From contig CAZZWN010000001.1 in assembly GCA_964657765.1 (NCBI GenBank), positions 28,858 through 73,509 on the forward strand: a DNA stretch of 44,652 nt, in the 5' to 3' direction. Position numbers and translations under genes: made by a program. This stretch comes from an uncultured Acetobacteraceae bacterium. Lineage in GTDB: Bacteria; Pseudomonadota; Alphaproteobacteria; Acetobacterales; Acetobacteraceae. Below the pieces are notes generated by a model. The model searched no databases, was not told where the DNA came from, and saw only the letters and a list, made by a program, of their open reading frames with translations. Of this stretch, positions 26,713 through 36,802 are shown in pieces; the first letter of the stretch is position 1; each line of letters starts with the position of its first letter.

Positions 26713-27735
26713 ATGCCCGCCCCTACACCCAACGCACCTCCCGGTCTCGATGACCCGCCCCACCAGTGCCAATTTGAGCATCCTTTCTTCTCCAAGCTGG
26801 GCGCGATCGTATTCCGTCCCGGCGAGGGGGAAGGGGTGCCGGTCTTGGCGATGGCGCTGGGCAACAAGATAGCGACCCTGCCCCTGCACTCGCTGCAGCT
26901 CGAGCTCGCGATCGGAGAGGCATCACCCGATGGCCGGATGCTTGCCCTAATCACGCGTGCGCTCGAATTCGTAAACGATCTGCGTCTCGGTGAGGCGCTA
27001 CCGGCTGAAGTGCTCGGCGGCGCGGCAAGCTGGCAACCAGGACAGGTACATCTGCAACTCGCCGTCTCACGCCTCAAGCTTAAGCTTGTGGACTGGCTGA
27101 GTGATGGCAGAAACGACGAGTGGCGGGATGTAAACGACGAGGTGATCCTCGCTATGGTGGAGTCGCCCGCGACGCGCCAGCGTATCCAGAAGGCATTCGC
27201 CGCAGTGGCCCAGGCGATTGGCCTACCCAACACGGAAGCCGTGGTCGAACTGGTCGAGGATGCAGCACGCGAACTCGCCTTCGTCGAGGCCCTGCGCTCC
27301 CGTCTGCAGCACCGTGTGGAAGCGCTATCGGGGCGGCTCGAGCACCTGGCTCGTGGACTAAGGGTCGACGCGACCCGGCAAGAGGTGATGACCCGGGTGC
27401 GGCGCCTCCTGGTCATTGCAGTGGCACGATTCCGGGCCTTGTTCGAGGAACTGGACGCACAGACGGGTGAGGTGCTGGCCCTCTTGCGCAACTTCAACAG
27501 CCAGCGCGACTTCATCCGCACCCATCGAGACCGGCTCTACGGCAGTCTGCGCGCGTGGGAGCCGTTGCTTACGGATTGGGACCGTGCAGCCGCAGGCATG
27601 GACGCGAAACTGTGGGCACTGGTCAGTCGCACCTACGTCTTCCTGGCACCCCGATATATGCCGATGCAGGAGTGGCGAACCATGGCGCAAGCCCCCTCCA
27701 AGACTGCGCCAAAATCAACGCAATTGGTGTGGTGA
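26713..27735 (+). CDS. Hypothetical helical protein upstream of cheY-cheZ
   Basis: About 340 aa ORF; amphipathic, coiled-coil-like C-terminal half; ATG 26713 preferred over 26509. Confidence 0.75.
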   Translation: MPAPTPNAPPGLDDPPHQCQFEHPFFSKLGAIVFRPGEGEGVPVLAMALGNKIATLPLHSLQLELAIGEASPDGRMLALITRALEFVNDLRLGEALPAEVLGGAASWQPGQVHLQLAVSRLKLKLVDWLSDGRNDEWRDVNDEVILAMVESPATRQRIQKAFAAVAQAIGLPNTEAVVELVEDAARELAFVEALRSRLQHRVEALSGRLEHLARGLRVDATRQEVMTRVRRLLVIAVARFRALFEELDAQTGEVLALLRNFNSQRDFIRTHRDRLYGSLRAWEPLLTDWDRAAAGMDAKLWALVSRTYVFLAPRYMPMQEWRTMAQAPSKTAPKSTQLVW

Positions 27736-27889
27736 TCCACCGCCGCACCGTTGCTCTCGCAAGTTATGTTCGACATGGAACCGCTTGCCCATCATCGCGC
27801 CCAATCCTGCCCGACGCCGCACTAATAAGGGAATAACCCGTCGCCTAACGCGCCAATTCGTATCCCGCAGCACAACAAGGAGAGTTAAG

Positions 27890-28273
27890 ATGATTGATAA
27901 GACCATGAGCATCCTGATAGTGGATGACTACAAGACAATGCTGAAGATTATCCGCAACTTGCTTAAACAGAACAATTTCAACAACGTCGATGAGGCGTTG
28001 GATGGCGGCGAGGCACTAACGAAATTGCGCGCGGGTGATTTTGGCCTCGTGATATCTGATTGGAACATGGAGCCAATGACCGGCCTACAACTGTTGCGGG
28101 AGGTACGAGCAGACGCCAAGCTGAAATCGACACCTTTCATCATGGTGACGGCTGAGAGCAAGGTCGAGAACATCGTCATGGCTAAGCAGGCCGGCGTCTC
28201 GAATTACATTGTCAAGCCGTTCAATGCCGAGACGTTGCAGAGTAAAATCGAGAAGGTGCTCGGTCATGCATGA
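27890..28273 (+). CDS. cheY: Chemotaxis response regulator
   Basis: ILIVDDYKTM, ISDWNMEPMTG, MVTAE, YIVKPF; AAGGAG SD. Confidence 0.92.
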   Translation: MIDKTMSILIVDDYKTMLKIIRNLLKQNNFNNVDEALDGGEALTKLRAGDFGLVISDWNMEPMTGLQLLREVRADAKLKSTPFIMVTAESKVENIVMAKQAGVSNYIVKPFNAETLQSKIEKVLGHA

Positions 28274-28910
28274 CACCGATCAGAGGCGGGGCATACTGGC
28301 CAAACGCCTCGCCGATACCTGCGCCTGTTATCGGACTGCGGACCCGGCAATGATTCCAGCTGTCATGCAGGCCGTGCTCGAGATTTTCGGTGGCGACCTC
28401 TCTGCCCAGGATGCCCGCCTCCTCGCCGAAGTCGAGGAGTTAAGCCGCACCATCGCCGATGCGAAGGCCGAGATCGCCGCATTGCATGTAGACGATGTCA
28501 CAGCAGGCCACATTCCATCCGCCACTGACGAACTCGATGCGGTTGTCGCACATACGGCTGCAGCCACTGAGGTCATCCTAGAAGTGTGCGAGTCACTCGA
28601 TGAGGCGGCCAGAGGCATGGACGGACCAACGGCGAACGCAGTTCAAGCGGGCACTATGCGCATCTACGAGGCCTGTAGCTTTCAGGACATCACGGGGCAG
28701 CGCATCACGAAGGTGGTTGCGACGCTTAAAGCCATCGACGTGAAGGTCACTCAGATCCTATCGACTTTCGGGGGCAGTCAAAACGCCAACGGCCCATCAA
28801 GGCCGGCCCGGATCGCATTGTCTGGCGACGCCGCTTTGCTTAATGGCCCGCAACTGCCCAACGCCGCCATGGACCAAAGTCAAATCGATCGCATGCTAGC
28901 CGATTTCTAG
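28266..28910 (+). CDS. cheZ: Alphaproteobacterial CheZ-like phosphatase
   Basis: ELDAVVAHT, EACSFQDITGQRITKVV (DxxxQ), LLNGPQL, QSQIDRML. Confidence 0.88.
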   Translation: MHDTDQRRGILAKRLADTCACYRTADPAMIPAVMQAVLEIFGGDLSAQDARLLAEVEELSRTIADAKAEIAALHVDDVTAGHIPSATDELDAVVAHTAAATEVILEVCESLDEAARGMDGPTANAVQAGTMRIYEACSFQDITGQRITKVVATLKAIDVKVTQILSTFGGSQNANGPSRPARIALSGDAALLNGPQLPNAAMDQSQIDRMLADF

Positions 28911-28989
28911 CCGAATAGTTCGTGGCCGCAACTTATAGATGCTTCAAAGGCATGTTGCACGGACGAGGCATGCAGGCGCAGTTGCCCCC

Positions 28990-29520
28990 AGCCCCGCTCA
29001 GGGGTCAGGCGATACGTAGGAGGATCGGGTGTCCCAGCACCAGCATGCATCGAGGGCACGGGCGATCTGGAAGCAACAAAGAACCGCTGGCTGCGCTCGC
29101 CCCAGCCACGGCCGAGGTCGACATCCTATTGGCTGTGCGCCCCGTCCAAACAGACCAGTTGCTGCCGATCGCGCTGGACGCCGTTCAGCAAGGGGCGGAC
29201 CTGTTCGATGAAGGCTGTCCGCTGTCCGATGTTGGCGCGGTCGAGGAGCTTCTTGGCATCCTTTCAAGACAGGCCCAATCGGCGCAGGGAGGCGCGGCCG
29301 CTTCTTGCTGGGCAGCCCAGACCTCTGCGCCGAGGGCGGCTGCGATGTCGGGGCAAAAAAGGGAGCGGCAACCGGCGCGCCGATACAGCAGCGCCTCGGG
29401 GCCTTTCTCGCATAGCTTTGCAGCCAGCCCATTACAGTCTGCGGGTGGCGATCGATACAGGCTGCGAACATGCGAGGTTGTCAGGGCCAGGTAACGCGGA
29501 TCCGCGAACGCCTGTTCCAA
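28990..29520 (-). mobile_element. Decayed IS630-family transposase
   Basis: Fragments in different frames: RHPQTVMGWL, GPEALLYRR, LRRLGLS*KDAKKLL...LVCLDGAHSQ*DVDLGRGWGERSQR, and a YSPD-like tail; stops, frameshifts and deletions. Confidence 0.75.
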
Positions 29521-29726
29521 CGCTCATAATCAATCCGTAACACCAGTCGGCACGAAGGCTTTGTGCAAAACCATCATCTGTGGAACAGCCGCCATGCCGC
29601 CAAGCACTCCGACTATCGGTGTCAAACCGCATGCGGTTTAACTTCTTATTTTCCTTTCCAGACTACAAGGAGGCCTGAAAGCTACGGTCATTCAGCAAAC
29701 GTAAATGTTCGCTAAAGGAATTACAC

Positions 29727-31406
29727 TTGATGTTTATCGATAATTTTTCTCTCAAATCCAAGGTTCTGGGCGCATTTGGCCTCGTTCTGCTTATCGTTAC
29801 GGGGCTTGGCGTGACGTCCATCAATCGGCTTTCTGCAATGAACGACGAGGCAGCCGTTGTGCGAAACGACTGGCTCCCCAGCACGGCTGCTCTTGGGCAA
29901 CTTATCATGGCTGTGCAAATGTATCGAGTTGGCGAGGCGCGTTACCTCCTTTCGGAACGCGCAAGCGAGCGCGAAGAAAATACGACAGATAATAATAAGC
30001 GCCTCGAAAAGCTCGAACGCCTGCGAGCAGCTTACGAGCCACGGATCACGCGCGGCACCGACGATGAGCGCCTCATGCAAGAGTTCGACCAGGCTTGGTC
30101 AGCCCACAAGATTTTGGCCAAAAGCTTATTGGAGGGCGACCTGCTTCGCGCACGTGCGCTGTTCGGCGAGGAGGGTCGCGTAGATTACCTGAAGGCCATC
30201 AACGCTCTTGAAGCGAACCTGGTGTTCAACACGAAGGAAGGCAGGGCCGCAGCCGACGCGGCCGCTGTCGTATATGAAACGACCAGGATCATCATCTTCG
30301 CGGTTCTTGGCGTAGCAGCAGCAGTTTGCCTCATGCTCGGCTTGTTCATTGTCAAGAACGTGTCAACGCCAGTTCGCAAGATCACAGATGTGATGAAGCG
30401 ATTGGCTGCGAAGGACTTGCAGGTTGAGGTCGAAGGGGCCGGTCGCAAGGACGAGATTGGCGCGATGGCGCAAGCCGTTCAGGTATTCAAGGCGAAAATG
30501 ATCGAAGCCGACCGCCTCGTGACCGAGCAGCGCATCGAGAGTACTGCCAAACAGACCCGTGCCGACTGCCTAACCAGCCTTACCAGGGCGTTCGAGACCA
30601 AAGTCGGTGCCATGGTGGCGACGGTGTCGTCAGCAGCCACGGAGCTGCAGGCGACGGCGGGATCGATGAGCGGCACGGCAAGCCAGACCAATTCTCAGGC
30701 GACCTCGGTGGCAAGGGCCGCGCAGCATGCCAGCGTCAACGTGCAAACGGTGGCGGTGGCTGCAGAGCAGCTAACGGCGTCGGTGGCCGAAATCACGCGT
30801 CAGGTGGCGCAGTCCGCGCAGATGGCAGGACGGGCCGCGGCGGATGCTAAGCGAACGGACGAGATCGTCCAGGCTTTGGCCCAGGGAGCTGCGAGGATTG
30901 GCGACGTGGTGGGGCTGATCACCACCATCGCGAGCCAGACCAACCTGCTGGCGCTTAACGCCACCATTGAGGCGGCACGCGCCGGCGACGCAGGCAAGGG
31001 CTTTGCTGTGGTAGCAAGCGAGGTGAAAAGCCTTGCGCATCAAACAGCAAAAGCAACCGAGGAGATTGCCGCCCAGATCGGCCAGATTCAGTCAGCGACG
31101 CATGAGGCGGTGGTCGCAATCAGCGGCATCAACGGTACGATCAACGAGCTGAGCGGCATCGCGACCAGCATCGCCGCGGCAGTGGAGCAGCAAGGGGCGG
31201 CGACGCAGGAAATCGCGCGCAACGTACAACAAGCAGCTGCTGGCACCGAGGAGGTCACCAGCAGCATCCAGCGGGTCAGCCAAGGTGCGAGTGAGACGGG
31301 AACGGCCGCCGAGCAGCTTCTCGGTGCCGCAGGCGAGCTGTCGCACCAGTCCGAGCAACTCACCGCCGAAGTGCGGCAGTTCGTCGCCGGTGTGAGGGCA
31401 GCGTGA
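29727..31406 (+). CDS. Methyl-accepting chemotaxis protein (four-helix sensor, HAMP, signalling domain)
   Basis: Two TM segments, [49 protein letters not shown]; start 29727 or 29730. Confidence 0.95.
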   Translation: MMFIDNFSLKSKVLGAFGLVLLIVTGLGVTSINRLSAMNDEAAVVRNDWLPSTAALGQLIMAVQMYRVGEARYLLSERASEREENTTDNNKRLEKLERLRAAYEPRITRGTDDERLMQEFDQAWSAHKILAKSLLEGDLLRARALFGEEGRVDYLKAINALEANLVFNTKEGRAAADAAAVVYETTRIIIFAVLGVAAAVCLMLGLFIVKNVSTPVRKITDVMKRLAAKDLQVEVEGAGRKDEIGAMAQAVQVFKAKMIEADRLVTEQRIESTAKQTRADCLTSLTRAFETKVGAMVATVSSAATELQATAGSMSGTASQTNSQATSVARAAQHASVNVQTVAVAAEQLTASVAEITRQVAQSAQMAGRAAADAKRTDEIVQALAQGAARIGDVVGLITTIASQTNLLALNATIEAARAGDAGKGFAVVASEVKSLAHQTAKATEEIAAQIGQIQSATHEAVVAISGINGTINELSGIATSIAAAVEQQGAATQEIARNVQQAAAGTEEVTSSIQRVSQGASETGTAAEQLLGAAGELSHQSEQLTAEVRQFVAGVRAA

Positions 31407-31594
31407 GCTTGCACCGCGCGCCGATCTTCAACCCAGGTCACCAAGCTCCTGCATTCCTAACGCTTGGCGGCACTGGCTGACCGTGACGTGACGAAAAAAC
31501 TAATCATGCAACTGGCGCGACCTCGGCCTACCCCGCCGATCTGGCGCTGTGCCCGAGCACCCTGGGACTGGATCCCGGAAATTTGGAGACTATC

Positions 31595-34195
31595 ATGGAC
31601 GATCTCCTCGTCGAGTTCCTGACCGAAGCAAACGAGAGCCTAGCGGAAGCGGATCAAGCCCTGTTGAAGCTCGAGCGCACGCCGGGCGATCAAGGAACTC
31701 TTTCGCTCATCTTCCGTCTCGTGCACACAATCAAGGGCACGTGCGGCTTTCTCGGCCTGCCGCGGCTGGAGTCAGTGGCCCATGCGGCCGAGAGCGTTCT
31801 CGGTCGGGTACGGGATGGAGAGTTGCCCGCCACGCCCGACTTGATCACAGCCGTGTTGCGCGGTTTGGATCAGGTGAAAGCCATCGTGGCTTGCCTGGCT
31901 GCCACCGGGGCGGAACCGGCCGGAGACGACAAGGCGCTGATCGCGACCTTGCTTGCCATCGCAGAAGGCCAGACTCCCGTTGCCGAGACGCCGCGACGGA
32001 AGCGTCCCAAGGCAAATTCAGCCGCGCCGGCGTCAGCGCTTGCATCGGCAGAACCGGCTCGTGAGCCTACCACAACGGATCCGACACCGGATACTGCCGC
32101 TGCGGCGACCCCCGATACCGTTACTGTGCCGAGTCAGACGATACGCGTCGGCGTGGACGTACTGGAGAACCTGATGACCCTGGTCAGCGAGCTGGTGTTG
32201 ACGCGCAACCAGCTCGTCCAGTTCGCCCGAACGCGGGAGGATGCAGGACTTGCTGCCCCGCTGCAGCGCCTCTCCCACATCACGTCGGAACTGCAGGAGG
32301 GCGTGATGAAGACCCGCATGCAGCCGATCGGCATCGCTTGGAACAAGCTGCCCCGGCTCGTGCGCGACCTCACGCGGGACCTCGGCAAGCGGATCGAGCT
32401 GGTCATGCAGGGCCAGGACACTGAGTTGGATCGCCAAGTGCTGGAGCTGATCCGCGACCCGTTGACCCACATGGTCCGCAACTCGGCCGATCACGGGCTG
32501 GAAAGCCCGGCAGAGCGGCGTGCGGCCGGCAAGCCGGAGCAGGGGCGGATCACGCTGAACGCCTTCCACGAGGGCGGCTACATCCTGATCGAGATTGCCG
32601 ATGACGGCCGTGGCCTGCCGGTCGAACGCATCCGGGCAAAATTGCTCTCGCGCGGGTTGGCGACCGAGGCGGAGCTTGCAGCCATGCCGGAAACACGGAT
32701 CCAGCAGTTCATCTTCAACGCGGGGTTCTCCACTGCCGCCGAGGTCACATCAGTGAGTGGCCGCGGTGTCGGCATGGACGTGGTCAAGACCAATATCGAG
32801 CGCATTGGCGGCACGGTAAGCCTGCGCAGCCGTGCGGGCCTGGGCACGACCTTCACCATCAAAATCCCGCTGACGCTGGCCATCGTCTCTGCCCTGATCG
32901 TGGGAGCTGCCGGTGAGCGCTTCGCCATACCGCAGCTCAGCGTGGCGGAGTTGGTGTCGGCCGGTTCGGCGCAGAACGGGTCGAATACCGGAACTGAACA
33001 GATCGGTGGCGTGCCGGTGCTGCGCCTCCGTGACCGGCTGCTGCCGCTCGTGAACCTGGCCGACTTGCTGCAACTACCTGCGTCGCCGGAGGCCGGTGCG
33101 CGCGGTAAGTACATCGTCGTGACTTCGGTGGGTTCCGGCGTGCTCGGCATCGTCGTGGATGCGGTGTTCGACACCGAGGAAATTGTCGTGAAACCGATTG
33201 CGCCGATCCTGCGCCACATCACGATGTTCGGCGGCAATACCATCCTGGGCGATGGCGCCGTCATCATGATCCTGGACCCGAATGGCATCGCTCGGGCGAC
33301 GGGATTGGGCGGCGCGGCGGAGGCGCGGGCATCGAGCGAGCGGGCTGCAGGCCGGCCGGCCCTGGTTTCGAATGCGCAATCCGAGGACCGGACGGCGCTG
33401 CTGCTCTTCCGCGCCGGGTCGCCGGAGCCGAAAGCAGTGCCACTTGGCCTGGTTGCCAGGCTTGAGCACATTCCGCGCGAGCGGATCGAGGTCGCATCCG
33501 GGCGGCTTGTCACGCAATACCGGGACCGGATCATGCCGCTGATCCAACTCGACCCGGCGGCTCCGCCTCCGAAACGCGAGGGTACCCAGCCCGTGCTGGT
33601 TTTCACCGAGGGCGAATGCAGCACCGGCCTGATGGTGGACGAGATCATTGATGTGGTGGAGGACCGGCTACGGATCGAGCTGGGCAGCGCCCAACCCGGC
33701 ATACTCGGCAGCGCGGTAATCGCCGGACGCGCTACTGACGTGATCGACATGACTTACTGGTTGGGCCAAGCAGGCCAGGTATGGTTCGAGGCCGCCCCGA
33801 AGGGCGAGCGCGTCCGGCAGCAGGTCCTGGTGGTTGAGGACAGCAGCTTCTTCCGCCAACTGCTCCTGCCCACCCTGTCCGCGGCCGGCTATCACGTAAC
33901 GGCAACCGACGGCGCCGTGCAGGCCTTGGCGCTGCGCGAGGCCGGCCAGATCTTTGATGTGATCGTCTCCGACATCGAAATGCCTGAGCTGGATGGTCTC
34001 GCCTTCGCCCGACATGTGCGCGGCGGCGGGGCCTGGGCCGGCGTGCCGCTCATTGCCCTGAGCGGTCGCAATACGCAGGCCGACATAGAAGCCGGGCGGC
34101 GTGCGGGTTTTGACGACTACGTGGCCAAGGCCGACCGTGGTGCTCTGCTCGACAGTCTCAAGCGCTGCCTGCACACGCCCGTAACAACACAGTAG
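31595..34195 (+). CDS. cheA: Hybrid chemotaxis kinase (Hpt-HATPase-2xCheW-REC)
   Basis: FRLVHTIKG, HMVRNSADHG, SGRGVGMDVV, KIPLTLAI, C-terminal VEDS/SDIEMP receiver. Confidence 0.95.
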   Translation: MDDLLVEFLTEANESLAEADQALLKLERTPGDQGTLSLIFRLVHTIKGTCGFLGLPRLESVAHAAESVLGRVRDGELPATPDLITAVLRGLDQVKAIVACLAATGAEPAGDDKALIATLLAIAEGQTPVAETPRRKRPKANSAAPASALASAEPAREPTTTDPTPDTAAAATPDTVTVPSQTIRVGVDVLENLMTLVSELVLTRNQLVQFARTREDAGLAAPLQRLSHITSELQEGVMKTRMQPIGIAWNKLPRLVRDLTRDLGKRIELVMQGQDTELDRQVLELIRDPLTHMVRNSADHGLESPAERRAAGKPEQGRITLNAFHEGGYILIEIADDGRGLPVERIRAKLLSRGLATEAELAAMPETRIQQFIFNAGFSTAAEVTSVSGRGVGMDVVKTNIERIGGTVSLRSRAGLGTTFTIKIPLTLAIVSALIVGAAGERFAIPQLSVAELVSAGSAQNGSNTGTEQIGGVPVLRLRDRLLPLVNLADLLQLPASPEAGARGKYIVVTSVGSGVLGIVVDAVFDTEEIVVKPIAPILRHITMFGGNTILGDGAVIMILDPNGIARATGLGGAAEARASSERAAGRPALVSNAQSEDRTALLLFRAGSPEPKAVPLGLVARLEHIPRERIEVASGRLVTQYRDRIMPLIQLDPAAPPPKREGTQPVLVFTEGECSTGLMVDEIIDVVEDRLRIELGSAQPGILGSAVIAGRATDVIDMTYWLGQAGQVWFEAAPKGERVRQQVLVVEDSSFFRQLLLPTLSAAGYHVTATDGAVQALALREAGQIFDVIVSDIEMPELDGLAFARHVRGGGAWAGVPLIALSGRNTQADIEAGRRAGFDDYVAKADRGALLDSLKRCLHTPVTTQ

Positions 34196-34206
34196 GACGG
34201 CACAGC

Positions 34207-34689
34207 ATGACCCAAGCCGACGTCATTACCGCAGGACTTGACCCGTCTAATGGAAAAGAGCGTGTCTACGTGACCTTGCACGTCGCCGGCCAGCTCTGTG
34301 GCGTGCCGCTGGAGGGCGTCCGCGACGTGCTCAGCGAGCAGGCGATTACCCGCATCCCGCTTGCCGCGCCGGAGATCGCCGGCAGCCTGAACCTGCGCGG
34401 ACGCATCGTCACCGCCATCGACTTACGCCGCCGTCTGCGGCTGCCTCCCGCCGAGCAGGGCACGACGCCGATGTCCGTCGTCACCGAACAAGGGACGGAG
34501 CTGTATGCCTTGCTGGTCGATCAGGTCTCCGAGGTAATGAGCCTGCCGGCACGGCTCTTTGAACAGGCACCGCCCACGTTGGCAGGTGGATGGGCCGAGT
34601 TCAACGCGGGGGTATACCAGCTGGCGGGGCAGCTCCTCGTCGTGCTCGACGTGGATCGTCTGCTCGCGCTTGCGCCCCGGGAGGCCTAG
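34207..34689 (+). CDS. cheW: Chemotaxis coupling protein
   Basis: ITRIPLA, GSLNLRGRIVTAIDLR, LLVDQV. Confidence 0.95.
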   Translation: MTQADVITAGLDPSNGKERVYVTLHVAGQLCGVPLEGVRDVLSEQAITRIPLAAPEIAGSLNLRGRIVTAIDLRRRLRLPPAEQGTTPMSVVTEQGTELYALLVDQVSEVMSLPARLFEQAPPTLAGGWAEFNAGVYQLAGQLLVVLDVDRLLALAPREA

Positions 34690-34721
34690 CTGATGCTCCC
34701 CGTTCCGCAGATCGGCTGGCT

Positions 34722-35828
34722 ATGACCGTGCTGCCAGCCAGGCTTCCCGAAAAAACACCAGGACCGGCACTGATCCGGGTCATGGTGTGCGATGACTCGG
34801 TGGTTGTCCGCGCCGCCTTGTCCCGTATCCTTGAGAGTGACCCGGACGTTCGCGTCATCGCCCGTGCCAGCAACGGGCAGATGGCGTTGGACACACTCCG
34901 GCATCAAAGTATAGATGTAGTAGTCCTGGACGTCGAAATGCCCGTGATGGACGGCATTACGGCATTGCCGTTGCTGATGCAGGCTGAGCCAGGGCTACGA
35001 ATCATTGTGACATCCAGCGTCAACGCGCGAGGGGCCGTTACTGCACTTCGTGCCCTGAGCCTGGGTGCTGCGGATTACCTGCCGAAACCAGAGGCTCAGG
35101 ACATTGGCAACGGCGCGTTCGGTGCCGAGCTGCTGGCCAAAGTCCGTGGGCATGCACGGTTGCGGGATCGCGCGCGGCTATCCTTGCCCTCACCCGCTTC
35201 TATTCCCGTAAAGCATGCCCTCCGTCCTGCCGGGAAGTTCCCAGAGCTGGTCGCCATCGGAAGTTCGACGGGCGGACCCCAGGCTTTGTTCACGCTGGTG
35301 CAGGGGCTCGCTGCTGCAAAGGCCGCGCTGCACCTGCCTTTCGTACTCACCCAGCACACGCAGCCCGGCTTCACCAGCATCCTAGCCGAGCACATCACCG
35401 GCCTGGGCGGCCCTCCCTGCAGGGAAGCGCAAGATGGTCAGCGCCTGCTGCCTGGGTGCATTCACCTCGCGCCGGGGAACCGGCACCTGTTAGTGGCGCG
35501 GCACGGCGGGGTTTTGATCACCCGCTTGTCGGACGGAGAGCCGGAAAACTTCTGCCGGCCTGCGGTGGATCCGATGCTGCGCAGCGCGAGCGAGGCATGC
35601 CTCGGACGGGTGCTCGCTGTCATGCTGACCGGCATGGGTCAGGACGGGCTGCTCGGCACCCGTGCCTTGATCGAGGCTGGAGGAACTGCCATCGCGCAGG
35701 ATGAAGCGACAAGCGTGGTCTGGGGCATGCCCGGCGCCGTCGCGCGTGCGGGGTTATGCCACGCCGTGCTGCCCATGCCGGAAATTGCCGCGAAAATATT
35801 GGATTTAACAAGAAAGCGGACATTTTGA
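34722..35828 (+). CDS. cheB: Chemoreceptor methylesterase
   Basis: Receiver (CDDS, LDVEMP) plus GSSTGGP, TQH, RPAVD, LTGMGQDG, VVWGMP. Confidence 0.95.
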   Translation: MTVLPARLPEKTPGPALIRVMVCDDSVVVRAALSRILESDPDVRVIARASNGQMALDTLRHQSIDVVVLDVEMPVMDGITALPLLMQAEPGLRIIVTSSVNARGAVTALRALSLGAADYLPKPEAQDIGNGAFGAELLAKVRGHARLRDRARLSLPSPASIPVKHALRPAGKFPELVAIGSSTGGPQALFTLVQGLAAAKAALHLPFVLTQHTQPGFTSILAEHITGLGGPPCREAQDGQRLLPGCIHLAPGNRHLLVARHGGVLITRLSDGEPENFCRPAVDPMLRSASEACLGRVLAVMLTGMGQDGLLGTRALIEAGGTAIAQDEATSVVWGMPGAVARAGLCHAVLPMPEIAAKILDLTRKRTF

Positions 35829-36664
35829 TGGTAGAGTTTGGTGGGTTCGACAGCATTGCGGCGTTGGTTCGCGCACGCTCTGGTCTAACACTAGGACCGG
35901 ACAAGCGTTATCTCGTCGAGACAAGGCTTGCTCCACTAATGCGGCGAGAAGGATTAAGAAATCTCGACGCTCTGGCGGAGCGGCTGCGCCGGCCTGCGGA
36001 ATCCGAATTGGCTCGCGAGGTTGTCGAGGCCATGACGACCAACGAGTCTTTGTTCTTTCGGGACCAGAAGCCGTTCGAGCACGTCCGCCAATATGCCATC
36101 CCCCATCTGCACCAAACGCGCCCCCGCAGCCAGGAACTACGCATCTGGTCGGCCGCCTCCTCCTCTGGGCAGGAGGCCTACTCGCTTGCCATGCTGGTAG
36201 CGGAGTGCCGCCCTCTGCTGGGTAACCGACCTGTAAAGCTCTTAGGCACAGACATCGCAAGGGAGCAGCTCTCCCGCGCGCGGCAGGCGCTCTACAACGG
36301 TTTCGAGGTGCAGCGCGGTTTGCCCGACCGGATGCTACAAAAGTATTTTCGCAAGGAAGACGGCGGCTGGCGCGTCAACGCCGCACTGAAAGCAGATGTG
36401 GAGTTCCGTGAATGGAACCTGCTTGCCGACCCGGCCCCACTCGGGCGTTTTGATATCGTGTTCTGCCGTAACGTGCTGATCTACTTCGATGCAGCGACTA
36501 AGAAACGCGTGCTAGAGGGCATTGCCCGCCAGATGCCAGCGGACGGCTTCCTCTATCTCGGCTGCGCCGAGACGATATTGGGCCTGACCGGGCTGCTCCA
36601 GCCTGTGGCAGGGGAGCACGGCGTATACTCACCCGTCCCACGCAGTGCAGCCAAAGCGGCCTAA
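35828..36664 (+). CDS. cheR: Chemoreceptor methyltransferase
   Basis: TTNESLFFRD, IWSAASSSGQEAYS, FCRNVLIYF; TGATG overlap. Confidence 0.95.
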   Translation: MVEFGGFDSIAALVRARSGLTLGPDKRYLVETRLAPLMRREGLRNLDALAERLRRPAESELAREVVEAMTTNESLFFRDQKPFEHVRQYAIPHLHQTRPRSQELRIWSAASSSGQEAYSLAMLVAECRPLLGNRPVKLLGTDIAREQLSRARQALYNGFEVQRGLPDRMLQKYFRKEDGGWRVNAALKADVEFREWNLLADPAPLGRFDIVFCRNVLIYFDAATKKRVLEGIARQMPADGFLYLGCAETILGLTGLLQPVAGEHGVYSPVPRSAAKAA

Positions 36665-36802
36665 TGGAACAGCTTCTCAGGCGCTGCATGCCCGTAAGTT
36701 GGCGCTGTAAGATTGATTGTTGGGGCGTAGCCAGGGAAAGCCGGCCGCCGCTGCGACGGACCTACATGCCCAACGCCTCGGTGATCACCCGGCAAATCGG
36801 GC

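Noticed and set aside
28922-29494. 190-aa plus-strand ORF after cheZ
   Set aside because: Antisense shadow of the IS630 relic.
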